Positions 43,477 to 43,477 of a stretch of 43,477 nt of DNA are shown one piece after another. This stretch comes from Candidatus Daviesbacteria bacterium. Its GTDB lineage: Bacteria; Patescibacteriota; Microgenomatia; Daviesbacterales; UBA10151. Position 1 is the first letter of the stretch. Every line of letters starts with the position of its first letter. The position numbers were made by a program, and so were the translations under genes. The stretch covers positions 1 through 43,477 of the forward strand of contig JACPKL010000007.1 in assembly GCA_016187035.1 (NCBI GenBank), in the 5' to 3' direction. A model generated the notes under the pieces. The model searched no databases, was not told where the DNA came from, and worked only from the letters and a program-made list of their open reading frames with translations.

Positions 43477-43477
43477 A

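Noticed and set aside
1-43477. tRNA or rRNA genes
   Set aside because: No cloverleaf with T-loop and D-loop consensus or rRNA-like tract was seen in the short intergenic regions; not checked with a covariance model

Overview
AT-rich, gene-dense bacterial chromosome segment using the standard code (TGA is a stop). Gene style and content suggest a CPR/Patescibacteria (Microgenomates-like) genome; this is inference, not database-confirmed. Housekeeping content: an FMN-riboswitch-led riboflavin operon (ribE-ribH-ribBA-ribD), secG, uvrA/uvrB/uvrC, lexA, rsmI, typA, pflB/pflA, a sensor-domain-fused trehalose-6-phosphate synthase, secreted hydrolases and an ABC exporter. The most striking non-routine signal is a REP/RAYT-like system. 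Two divergent HUH (Y1) transposase genes are each flanked by their own short palindrome family, and about 20 related hairpins are scattered over the first 30 kb. These hairpins share conserved feet (TTAGCT on one side, CGTAA on the other) around interchangeable stems. They sit in frame inside uvrC, uvrA, rsmI and a nuclease gene, supply the stop codons of six ORFs, are nested inside one another, and appear to build the sigma70 promoters of the transposase genes. Other oddities: a synonymously recoded duplicate of the first 15 lexA codons just upstream of lexA, an FMN aptamer abutting the ribE start codon, and a pervasive leaderless-promoter architecture. All coordinates and motifs were read by eye and no searches were run.
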